Source of the DNA: Paraglomus brasilianum | Lineage: Eukaryota | Direction of reading: 5' to 3' | NCBI GenBank assembly: GCA_910592345.1 | Contig: CAJVPI010000366.1 | Span: 1-33,040 of the forward strand | DNA length: 33,040 bases | Shown: in pieces, positions 22,985 through 32,841 of the stretch | Position numbering within the stretch: position 1 is the first letter of the stretch | Layout: every line of letters begins with the position of its first letter | Position numbers and translations under genes: made by a program | Notes under the pieces: model-generated | Told to the model about the DNA's origin: nothing | Databases searched by the model: none | Seen by the model: the letters and a program-made list of their open reading frames with translations, nothing else

Positions 22985-25826
22985 CTATCCATTCATTAAA
23001 TTATTTGAATTGTACATGTTCAGTCCAGGCACAAAGTCATCTACATTGCTCAACGTATTATTAGCATTGAACATATTCAGTCCGGGCACAAAATCGTCTG
23101 CAGGACCAGAAAAATTTGAATCAACTATTGCACATATCTAAAGCACAAGACAAAGTCCTCGAAAAATACAAACCTTCTTCAACATCCACGTCCTTCAATC
23201 CCATTTCTTCTGCTTTCTGTTTACCCACATGGAATTTGTCTTGAACCATGTCACCGGGACGAGGTCTTGTCCAGAATCGTGTTGTATGGTCATTGGAACC
23301 AGATACAAGAACATGGCCTATTGGATGCCAATCGAGTGACCATACGTTGGATTCATGCGCAAATTCTACAGAGTCTACAACTGTGTTTTGTCTGATCGGA
23401 AATGGCGAAAGTGAGTTGTTCAGTCGCAATATCATGGCTGCATAAGGGGTGTTATATATATCGAACCACATACCCTACGATCCAGAACATAAGCGAGCCT
23501 TCTGAACCCCCCGTGACCAACAACCGCTCATGAAACGGATGCCATGCGATGGCTACAGTTGTTCTTGAACATTAGAAATTTATCGCGTTCGGAAAGAAAC
23601 GGACGACGCTGCAAAAAAAAAGTACTTACAACACACTTCCTTCTTGTGTCCTCTAAACGTCTGCAAATCTTTCATCATACGGATATCGTACACTTTCACT
23701 AGTTGATCCCTTGCCGCGGTTCCCAGCCAATTTCCATTCTTGTTCCACTGAAGCCCAAGAATAGGATTCTTGTGGCCATGCCTAATTATTATGATGCAAA
23801 AGTGTGGATGAGCGGAACTGGCCCTGATATTTGATAACCGTCACTTTACAGCAACCGACAATCTCCTACTACTTACAACGTATCCACATTCTTTCCAGAT
23901 TTAGGATCCCAGAACTTTATCAGATTGTCCTTTGATCCTGAGGCTAGTAAAGACTTGTACGGATGCCAATCTACGGCTTTTACATCCCAGCCATGTCCTA
24001 AAATTATCGGAGGTGAACAATTATTGTAGCGCAACAGTGTCATATAAAACGCGTTTTTAATTCAGTACCTGAAAGAGCTCCTTCCTCAACGCCTTCCGTG
24101 AAATCCCAGATTTTGATCATTCCGTCGTCAGAGCAAGTTGCAAATTTAGTATCGGTTGGGGAGAACCTGTATAGATAAGGAAGACGTTCCTTTAGGTGTC
24201 TCGGATCCGTTTAATTGATAAGCAATGCATCATGTATGATGGTACTTTTACGCACGATAAATCTCGTATCGCCTCTTTATGCCCTTCAATCATCTTCAGG
24301 TTGTTCATGTTGGATTGCCAGTATTTGATGATACCTTTGTGGTCGGCGGTGACCATCCAATTGTCGTCGTGGGACCATTTCATAGCTCGCACTGCTGATT
24401 CGTGGGCCTTTGCAGTTGAGCGGATTATTTTTATTGTTTTCATAATTGGTTGTCGTCATGCGAAAACAAAAGAAGAGAGTAAATAGAAAACGTGAATGAC
24501 GGTTTTTGATGTTTCTTGTTGAGGTTGTAGTGGTGTATCTAGAACTTGTGTTATCTGGAAGAATGTCTTTGTGCGTCTGTCATCCGGGTTCCTTATATAA
24601 TAGATATCTTATAGAGCACACAATGGATCTTGTTGTAAGGCAGTGACCATAGAGATGTGGACCGAATGTAAAAACGCAAATTATGCACAGAAACACAAGA
24701 AATCGAATCCAGCAGTCGTTTTGATGTGACCTTTTATTAATTTTGCTCCGAAGAATCCCTTACATACGAAATTAAAATACCGAATCTGCACTAATGTAGC
24801 CTCTATTTTCAAATTCTGCTGATCTGGATATAGCAAGGAAAACAAGAAAACGGACAAAAGCCCTTCTATATACCACACCGATGTTAATAAAGGCATTAAA
24901 TCGAATACCTGTAATATTGTCTCGAAATTAAATGTTAGTCCATTCCACAATGTGAATTCACCGCTAGACAAACCAGTGATCAGACGTCTTCCTTCTGGAG
25001 TCCACTAAAGCACCAAAAGGATATTAGAAACTGTAACCAGATAGAAAAAAGAAATACATAATGCATATGACTATTGCTGGAAAGAACATACTCGAACAAC
25101 ATTGACGGGATATCGATTTTTATTGGTAGAGGTATGTACGAATTTAGTCGCAACTGCGTTCACAGGATTATGGAGGTAAGCAGATGGCGGAAGAAGCTGA
25201 TACAAGATAAAAGTAAAATATCATAATAATCTTAAATAAGCATGGTTTTTTGTGGTAGTCATAAAATTAAACGCTGGGAAAATCTGTATGGATAGACTTA
25301 CATCAATTACAAAATTAGGATTCGGCCGAAGGAACCTCATATTGTTATGACCGCGACTCCATACCCTTTCCTGGTATAAGAAGTAAATAAATAGTGAAAT
25401 TGAGTTAATTACGGTGTTTCTCATTACAAGAAAAGCGGGAAATTTAAAAATGCAATTATAAAAAAGAGCCACGCGAAATTAAATTCAATACTAGTGATCT
25501 GAGAAGCCTTCCTCGTTTTCTACCTGTATGTATTTTCCGATCGAGCAATTAAAATCCACAGTACGTCGTTGTATTGCTTTTCTCATACGCTTTCCATCAA
25601 ACACCATTCTCTGAGCACTGTTGTATCCAAACCCGTTACGTCCTCCATACCGTCTGTTATAACCCCCACTCCGATCTGCTGCCCCTCCTAATCCAGGACC
25701 AGTTCCGTTTGTTTCCTCTTCTTTTCGTGCTGGAGAGGCATTACCAGTTGGGAAAGTTTCCTCCCATGGAATTGGTATGGAAGCTGTCCCTGTTGGAGTT
25801 GGAGTAGAAGTAGAAGCAGTAGCCAT
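22985..25826 (-). CDS. PFS2: Polyadenylation factor subunit 2 (Pfs2/WDR33), WD40 protein; about 11 exons
   Basis: ATG at 25826 (MATASTST). Motifs: [131 protein letters not shown]. The last exon ends ...NNLMNG* with TAG at 22985-22987. Confidence 0.95.
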
Positions 25827-25932
25827 CGTTCGTTTACAGTTGGAAAAAGTGCGGGGGACAAATAAGTATCTCAAATTTTCGCATTCACGTGATCAATCGG
25901 CCAATGCGCGTAGCGTAATATACTCCCGCAGT

Positions 25933-26072
25933 CACTATAATTTCCCTCCCTAAATTAAAATGGAGCTTATAAGACCATTAAGTATTTCACTCTCTATAAA
26001 TGTCAGATTCTTTATTAATGCAGGTCGTGTCTGATTTGGCCATATGGTCCCGCACTTAGGGAGAGTCCACTG
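25933..26072 (+). mobile_element. Same MITE family as 18871, copy 2 (right TIR intact), in the PFS2 promoter
   Basis: Ends GCACTTAGGGAGAGTCCACTG|TA, a near-exact reverse complement of the copy-1 left TIR. Internal sequence is shared with 18918-19020. Confidence 0.75.
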
Positions 26073-28064
26073 TACAAGGCGAAAAGCACTCATTGGCACC
26101 CTTGTTTATAGTCCCTACGGTTATACTCACTATCTGCCTATTTTTATAGTCTCGTTGCATTTACAAAGTCTCGAATCACGTACCTATTTAATTTTGTGAT
26201 TATCTTCAAAGAAATTATAATAATAATTCATACCAAAATGCCAAAACTGATATTCGTAAGCGAAAGGCGATTTCTTTAGAAACGAAAAGCAGTATGTCTA
26301 TACAAATGTGATGTTTGGCCTAAACGTCAACTGTGATGCTTCTAGCAATGCTAGACAAGAATCGTTTGATAATGTAGATACTTTGCCCCAAGTTTGCCAA
26401 ATTACCTAAAGATTGTTCTCTCCAACTGCTCATCAGCAGCAAAAAGCGGGTGTTGTAACAGCATGTAATCCCAAAAATCTCAATACACCACATTCTATTA
26501 CACAAATAAAGTTGACGTCGAAAAACCAACGGCTGAACAAATAAGCAACAACATTCGAACCGATGATAAAATTAATGAATTCGACATAATTGTGAATGCC
26601 GTGAATAAATGGCAAGACGAGATTACTGGGGGGAAAAAAATGCTAAAATCGAGAATCTGGTAAGACTGCTTATATTGTCGCTATTTAATAATGGTGTCGC
26701 TTGAGAAAAGTTGCGGATTACGATTGATATGATTTTGGATTCCATGCAATTCTACAATCAACGCTCAACCAACTTACCAGCATACTTAGTGGCAGAGATC
26801 AAACTCCCTCAATATTCAGCGAACGCATTAAATTTTTGAAATACTTGTTAGACGGCAACAGTCTAATTATGAGTGTACTCGCGAACAAATCGATCATATA
26901 AAATCAAAGTATTCATTATTTCGACACACTCTTTCTCAGACAGTCAAGGATTTAGACGTGAGAAGAAAAGAGTTGACAAAGACTTGCAACAGTTGAAATG
27001 CAGTACGAGCCAATTTCCTAGCGTGTTATGATAATCTAAACAACAGACGCGTATTTATAATTTATTCACTTTTACTGATTAGAATTCGACGTCCTTAACA
27101 TGACACGCGAACCACTGACAAAATAAAAAGCGTTTTGACTACCCATAATTATTGACATAACGGACCAAAATAAGAAATTACTAGATGAAAGTTAATGATG
27201 CTTTGAGTGATTGAATGCTATCTTCAAAAGTTGAGGAAGAGAAAAAACAGAGTATTATTATCGTGGGATAAATTCGATAATCTCCCGTATATGAAATATA
27301 GTAAACGCGTTTCTAAAATAACGGTTAAATATCTTAACTTGCCACTCAGATAATTGCGGGACAAGAAGGCAATTACCCTTCGTTGATATACGGATTTAAC
27401 GGTTTCTCAATTATATCAACTAATTTAGAGTAAATGCGATATTTGTTTATTAACAATAATATATGAATAAAAGGAATATTAGGAATCAAATTCACACTGC
27501 GCCGCTTACATACTTTTCGATCGGACTAATTGAGCTATTTTTAGCATCTATTTCTAACATTCTATCGATTGTTTTCAGTATACATTTTCGACTTTTGCAG
27601 TGCTGCTATACAGCACTGTCGATTACACATATATTATCAATTTCGTACTCCGAAATGTTTGTACCCTAATACAGCTGCGCTCGCTGGTGTTATTGCCGAT
27701 CGGAATGATTGCTGCGGCATCGTCGGAGGAATACGTCACTGATTTGCAATTGCATGAGCTAAAGTAAAGGTGTTTCAGGACAATTTCAGAGTCAGATAAT
27801 GGGGAAGAGGAGTTGGTGATTATGATGCCTGTGTATGTGGGTCATGCATTCTTAACACAGATCCCTTGCAAATTAAAATTGGAAAATTGATCAACCTGAC
27901 ATGCACCTCCCTTCTGTGCTTCTGAGAAATGTTCTGCCTGTTTGTACCATCTGGTACCAGCAGCAAAGCTTGAGCAATTTGCATGCTGGGTATCTGCCAA
28001 GTCAGAAAATGCAGCCAGCTCTCATTGTGAATCAAGTAGAGTTTGGACAGCACAGGAGCAGCAG

Positions 28065-28140
28065 GCTCTAGAATCAAATTCTTCTCTGACTTCTTTGGAT
28101 TTGAATGGTAACAATATTGGAGGCACAGGAGCAGCAGCTT
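28065..28140 (+). pseudogene. Isolated ribonuclease-inhibitor-type LRR fragment (NLRC3-like repeat)
   Basis: Translation ALESNSSLTSLDLNGNNIGGTGAAA fits the RI-like LRR consensus. It is a single repeat in a CpG-free tract with stops nearby. Confidence 0.55.
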
Positions 28141-28336
28141 GTTATTACTACTAAAATTGTTGTCCATAATTTGCCAGACTTTAGACAATGACTCTCATCT
28201 GTCTTTCAGATTCCAGGGCCAAAAACCTTTTCTTGCACTGAAAAAGAAGCATCTGAAAACGGTTTAAACTCTGAAAGGTGGGACTGGATGGCACATGCAA
28301 TTACTTGTTCCCTCGCCCGTGGAGTGGTCTTCACTT

Positions 28337-28723
28337 TCAGAGAGCACGTAGTGAGATTTCCATTGAACTTACGCGACGTTGGATGCAAATACTCGCCGGT
28401 AGTTCCCGTGCACGACGGCTTTGGATGCGGTCCGGTTCGTTGTGTTGCTCCAGTAATTTTTGTTGCTTATCCAAATAACTAAGATAATCAGGCCAACCCA
28501 AATCCGGAGCGCCACGGAAGAAGTCTTCCACCGTTTCGATATATGTTATTTCCTGCAAAATAGACGAAGTCGCGCCAGATAAAGTCCAGGTCTTATCTGA
28601 GGGTTCAAACTCCAGAAACGGCAGTTTGTCTCCTGGCCGCATCCATTGACGTAGGCCGTAACAAATAGCAATATTTCTGCATCGATGGGGGGGGCACTCT
28701 ACCTGAACATCCATTTTCGTCAA
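28337..28723 (-). other. Unidentified ORF or gene fragment (hypothetical protein)
   Basis: 128-codon, GC- and CpG-richer ORF with protein-like composition (VEDFFRGAPDLGWPDYLSYLDKQQKLL). No family recognised. Confidence 0.3.
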
Positions 28724-29163
28724 GGAAAAGTCGGTGCACGCAAAATTTTAATGGTGAATTCAATAATGGTGAATTCAACCATGTTTATAAAAAATATATT
28801 TGTTTTTTAAAAATAATAAATGTTTGCTTTAAAACAAAGCCGTTTTATTAAAAGACTTTTTCTTCTCGACTGAGAAAAATGTGTGATGCCCGCCGCGGGT
28901 GATTTGTCTGGAAACACGTGATATAATTGATCGAGCTATCAACAGCGTTTATTGTTGAGAATCTTCTATACTGTTCTATAACATTGTAATCGATTGTCTG
29001 CAGATATTGATGTCATAAATATATATAATCTAATTTAAAGGTTTATCGAGACAATTCGCTGCAAGTTGTGGGACACGAAGCGGAATAATTTTTCGCATCA
29101 TGCTATGACGAAACTTTTACGAACAATGTTATCTGTATGCCAAATCACATCTTGTGTTGATTA

Positions 29164-30061
29164 CAGTCAACCCTCCATATAAGCACACCCTCCATATAAG
29201 CATACCCTCCATATAAGCACACCCTCCACATAAGCACACCATGCCTTATTCCCGAGATTGGGAATTAGCATTTGCACGGTTTTTTCGTTTCCTCGGATAT
29301 GCACGCCCGTGATTTTCATGTGATTTGCACAACATACCAGGTTACATAAAGGTTTGAAATGGTCAAAATAATGATGATCAGTCCATACAAAGAAGCGCCT
29401 TATAGTAATAGATATTATAATATTATTAACGGATTTCTTTATGAAGCATGATTGTAGACGTTATTCTACCCTTTCGCCTTTATGTAGGAATAAGGAACTG
29501 TTCGTGACAGAGAAACAGAAATAAATAGAAAAATTATTTAATGTCTTTGTTAATAGTAGAAGTTAATCTTTATCGTCATTAAAATAGATATTGAATTAAC
29601 GAAATCGTTATATCGACTTTGTAATAGCGCGTTATCGTTTAATAGCGCACGGCATCAATGTGAATAAAGAATAACTGAATTTTATTTAAAATGTAAAACT
29701 CCCTTGTTTAATGGTCAACGTTGACAATAGTGATGTTGATGATAGCATTGAGCTACTGATTGTAAACTGCAGCGATGCTGCAAGCAGCTTGGAGGTTATT
29801 CGCTCCTTTCTGCAACAGCAAGAAGATTCTAAAGACCTGTTGAAACATATTAATGTACTAGATCGTTACATTAGTTTAAAATCAATGAATGTAATGAAAC
29901 AAATGACAATAGACAAGTTTTTCAATAATAGCTAATAAATATCTGTTAATGAATTACGTGCAACCAATCAAATTCTAAACCTCTATTCAAGCATCCTAAT
30001 CCCTCTATTCAAACATGCTCTGCCCCATTCCCGAGGGCGTGCTTATATGGAGGGTTGACTG
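29164..30061 (+). mobile_element. 898-bp non-autonomous pogo/Tigger-type (Tc1/mariner superfamily) DNA transposon
   Basis: TA TSD at 29162-29163 and 30062-30063. Perfect 23-bp TIR CAGTCAACCCTCCATATAAGCAC. Four tandem 17-bp units at 29170-29237. Internal ORF 29711-29935 resembles a transposase C-terminus ending KQMTIDKFF. Confidence 0.9.
29711..29935 (+). pseudogene. C-terminal remnant of a pogo-like transposase
   Basis: DDSIEL..SDAASSLEVIRSFLQQQ...MKQMTIDKFFNNS*. The Qxx(I/L)xxFF PIP-box-like tail is typical of pogo/Tigger transposases. No DDE domain is present. Confidence 0.6.
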
Positions 30062-30077
30062 TATCTAGCGAAATACA

Positions 30078-30305
30078 CAGTGGCTCTCGATATAATGACC
30101 CCTCGACAATATGATATTGGCTAATATGATGCTTTTCCCCCGGCTCAGCCCAGTTATAATAAAATTGGACTCGATATACTTATAATCTTGCGATATAACG
30201 TTATAATGATGTTGTTGTGCTTATATAAATAAATGATCTCGATATAACGAAGTTCGTAAATCATCACCATAATTGGTAAGCATTTTATCGAGCAGAACAT
30301 CATAT
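30078..30305 (+). mobile_element. Left end of a second pogo-like element, interrupted at about 30305
   Basis: CAGTGGCTCTCGATATAATGAC start with repeated CTCGATATA/CGATATAACG subterminal motifs (~30086, ~30170, ~30190, ~30238). No right end in the window. Confidence 0.45.
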
Positions 30306-30520
30306 GGGGCATGCTGCAACAAAACCAGACAAAGCAAACATTTGATTATGTGACATAATGAGAGGCTGATTATGATGTGGCTGTAAAATTGACCAGTGCG
30401 ACTGATGACATTTTGAAAAGTAATAATGGTACTCATTCATAACTTATGGATTTGTTAAGTTGAATGATGAATATAAACCATAACAGGATTAATATAGGAT
30501 TATCTCTATATAAAAAATAT
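30306..30520 (+). mobile_element. Terminal segment of an unclassified repeat or DNA transposon, copy 1
   Basis: AT|GGGGCATGCTGCAACAAAACCAGACAAAG ... GAATATAAACCATAACAGGA.TAATATAGG.TTATCTCTATATA is shared with 32842-33040. The sequence upstream of each copy is unrelated. Confidence 0.7.
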
Positions 30521-30694
30521 TAATATAAAATTAATTTACATTAAATCCACCATGGAACCAAAGAATTACAGCATCATTAGAAGTATTTTAAAAAAGAACA
30601 AGGTGAAAAAATTGCGCCTTACGTTTTAAAATCAATGATACCAAAATTCTTGAGATAAAAAAAAGATCATTAATTAAATTTACCAATATTTAAA

Positions 30695-31216
30695 TTACTT
30701 CCTTAACTTTGATCAAGGTCATCTCTTATTTTCTTTAACCTCAATTTGAGCAATGTGTTGGATTTGTTGTTTTCTTAAAAATTCAACCTCACTTTCAAGT
30801 CTTTGAATTTTATCTAACAATTCTTGCCTTTGCTTATCATGCCAGTCCTTTGAAACATCCAAGGCATCCTAATTTCTTCCTTGGCACTGTCTAATTGCTG
30901 TTTTAAATCCTTGTTTTGCTGCTCCAATCTACCAACATAACTTTGCCCCATTATCTTAGCTGCTGAAAGGGTTTTAACTAGTTTATTTTTTCTTAAATTA
31001 CAAAAGCAATTTACCCTGTTTCTCATAGCTCACAATCATTACAATGTGGCAAGGTGCCATTATCAATATCTCCTTTACATTCAACACAAATATAGGCATA
31101 TCATTATAGCCACTAGTTTTGGTATTGTAGGCTACCATTTCATGAGTGGTTGAGTTTTTATTACAGTGCCAGCTGTCTCCTCTTCCCAACTGACTGATCT
31201 GATATTCTAATTTCAT
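30695..31216 (-). pseudogene. Decayed Mollicute (MRE)-type gene 2: Cys-rich N-terminus plus coiled coil, genetic code 4
   Basis: ATG at 31216, 1 nt after the upstream TAA. Frameshifted translation MKLEYQISQLGRGDSWHCNK...ICVECKGDIDNGTLPHCNDCELW(TGA)...YVGRLEQQNKDLKQQL...LESEVEFLRKQQIQHIAQIEVKENKRW(TGA)PW(TGA)SKLRK*. No introns. Confidence 0.7.
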
Positions 31217-31217
31217 G

Positions 31218-32005
31218 TTACTTGCTCTTTTGTAAGATATAAGCATTAAATTTCTCCTTAACTATTTCCCTAGTTTGGTTCACTTTACTTTTTATTTTAC
31301 TACCCAACAGTTTAAACTTATTAGTTTTTTTTTTGTAAAACTGGTAATTCTTGAAGTTGTTTACATGCCACATAGTTTTGTCATGCCATAAAATTTTTAG
31401 TAATTTTATCCTTGCAGAAGCTTTGTCCAAATCATCTTCTTTGCTTTGATAGTCTCTGTAAACAAACTAACTTTGGGTTCTCATCTTTTTAATCTACTTA
31501 CTTCTAAGGCCTTTTCAGCTTCTTCTCGCTCCATTTCCACTTCATCTTCTAATTCTTCTACTCTGAATTAATTCCTTTTGCTTAGTTTCTAACTCTTTTT
31601 GCTTGGTTTCTAATTCTACAACCTTTGGTTCTAACTCAGCATTCCTTTCTTCAAGTTCTTTACACTTTGGAGAAAGAAAATTAAAACCATACTCATAATT
31701 TCATGCTTCATCAGCAAGACTTTTAATAATATTTTCAGGAGTAAATTCATCACTGAAAACAGCTTTTCTTTCCCATTCTCTTCCTGATAACTTACTCAGC
31801 CTTTTTCAGGTCAAATAAAATTTTCTAAGGTTCTTAAACTTTCGTATTTATATTCTCCACTTTGCTTAAGACTTTGAACAGTATTCCAAATTCTTAGTTT
31901 GAAGTTTTCTTCTTTATAGGCTAATTCCTTCTTTAACTTTACGTTTTCTTCTAATACTAATAGGTTTTTATTTCTTTGCTCGAGTTCGTTTATGATGTTT
32001 ACTAT
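31218..32005 (-). pseudogene. Decayed Mollicute (MRE)-type gene 1: coiled-coil protein, genetic code 4
   Basis: (ATA)VNIINELEQRNKNLL...LENFIW(TGA)PEKGW(TGA)VSYQ...KSLADEAW(TGA)NYEYGFNFLSPKCKELEERNAELE...RVEELEDEVEMEREEAEKALE...KTNKFKLLGSKIKSKVNQTREIVKEKFNAYILQKSK*. Several frameshifts, no introns. Confidence 0.7.
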
Positions 32006-32029
32006 TACTTTTTTTTTTATTTTTTATTT

Positions 32030-32370
32030 GCACTCCGCATGCTTCGAAAACTACGATTTACACCTAGTGGCAGCGTCCCTTCGGATACACACTACTAAGC
32101 ACCCTCACGAAAAACAATTACAAGTGTGGCCACGGAGAGCTTTCAAGATTTGTTTTTAATTTAGTGACTCGAATTTTTTTTGTAACTTACAGTTTATTTA
32201 CGGGCCTTTAAGAGCAATTATCTATCTAGGATTTAGTGTCACGATCCGGTAAACGGAAGTGCCGTCAGTGTAAAAGCCTAAACGAAAGGTCACCTAACTG
32301 TCAGTCTGGTTAAACTCTTAGTAGGAGGCGCTATGCTCCGTGCGAAGAAAGTTAAATTCTTACGAGTCAC
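32030..32370 (-). ncRNA. Candidate structured RNA or 5' leader (two domains), family not recognised
   Basis: Domain A is closed by GTGACTCG/CGAGTCAC (32164-32171/32363-32370) with nested helices. Domain B is closed by minus-strand CUCCGUG/UGCGGAG (32131-32137/32033-32039) with a hairpin at 32063-32099. Non-Watson-Crick pairs are G-U on the minus strand. Confidence 0.45.
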
Positions 32371-32433
32371 GTGTCATTTCGCTCTCCCGTGACATTTGCC
32401 TCGACAAATGCATCATACAGTAACGTAATAATC

Positions 32434-32840
32434 TAAGCGTTGGTGTCCCTATTGCAGTGCGTGAAAATTTATGTCGTGAAATTATATCAAAATATCTTGG
32501 ATCGCCATCTAAGATACGCCGACCTGATTTTCTTAAAATATCAGAGCATTCAAAAGGATTAGAATTGATGTGATAAAAACAGCTCTAGAGGTCCACCTTA
32601 GCTGTGCTTAATAAAGGACACACAAAATCAAGAGGATTAGAACTTGATATTTATTACCCGGAATACGGTTTTGCAATCCAATCGAAGTACAAGGGCAACA
32701 GCATGAGAAATATATCGAATTCTTTCATAGAGACCCAAAAAATTTCATTAACCAGCAAGAACGGGATCAACTCAAGAAAGAATTATGTGAAGAAAACTGG
32801 ATCGTTTTAAGATATGTCTGGTATTACGAAGACCCATATA
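32434..32840 (+). pseudogene. Disrupted zinc-ribbon plus Vsr/DUF559-like (restriction-endonuclease-fold) nuclease gene
   Basis: KRWCPYCS..RENLCREIISKYLGSPSKIRRPDFLK..KGLELDIYYPEYGFAIEVQGQQHEKYIEFFHRDPKNFINQQERDQLKKELCEENWIVLRYVWYYEDPY. Interrupted by a retroelement tail, a 5-bp CAATC duplication and the repeat at 32842. Confidence 0.7.
32570..32627 (+). mobile_element. 58-bp 3' tail of the same non-LTR retrotransposon as 4870-5057, with an about 20-bp TSD
   Basis: Flanked by TCAAAAGGATTAGAATTGAT (32550-32569) and TCAAGAGGATTAGAACTTGAT (32628-32648). Removing the insert and one TSD restores the KGLELD frame. Confidence 0.75.
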
Positions 32841-32841
32841 T

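Noticed and set aside
25886..25904. CACGTG and CCAAT motifs upstream of the PFS2 ATG
   Set aside because: Plausible promoter elements, but too short to separate from chance without comparative data.
29170..29237. Tandem 17-bp repeats (and the 11-bp array at 46-100) as a CRISPR array
   Set aside because: The repeats are head-to-tail with no unique spacers and no cas genes. They are transposon subterminal repeats.
30695..32005. Mitochondrial insertion (NUMT) as the source of TGA=Trp frames
   Set aside because: The products are Lys/Glu-rich coiled coils with no resemblance to mitochondrial core genes or homing endonucleases. Not formally excluded without a search.
32213..32228. Minus-strand CTAGATAGATAATTGC resembles a conserved 3' segment of bacterial RNase P RNA
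   Set aside because: The universal P4 strands (GAGGAAAGTCC and ACA.AA...GGCTTA) are absent, so it cannot be called rnpB.
32030..32370. Partial likeness to THF or lysine riboswitch (GGGACGCTGCC), HEARO/omega-RNA (TTAACCAGACT) or hammerhead cores
   Set aside because: Only short motifs match. The overall architecture does not fit, and no IscB/TnpB or metabolic gene follows.
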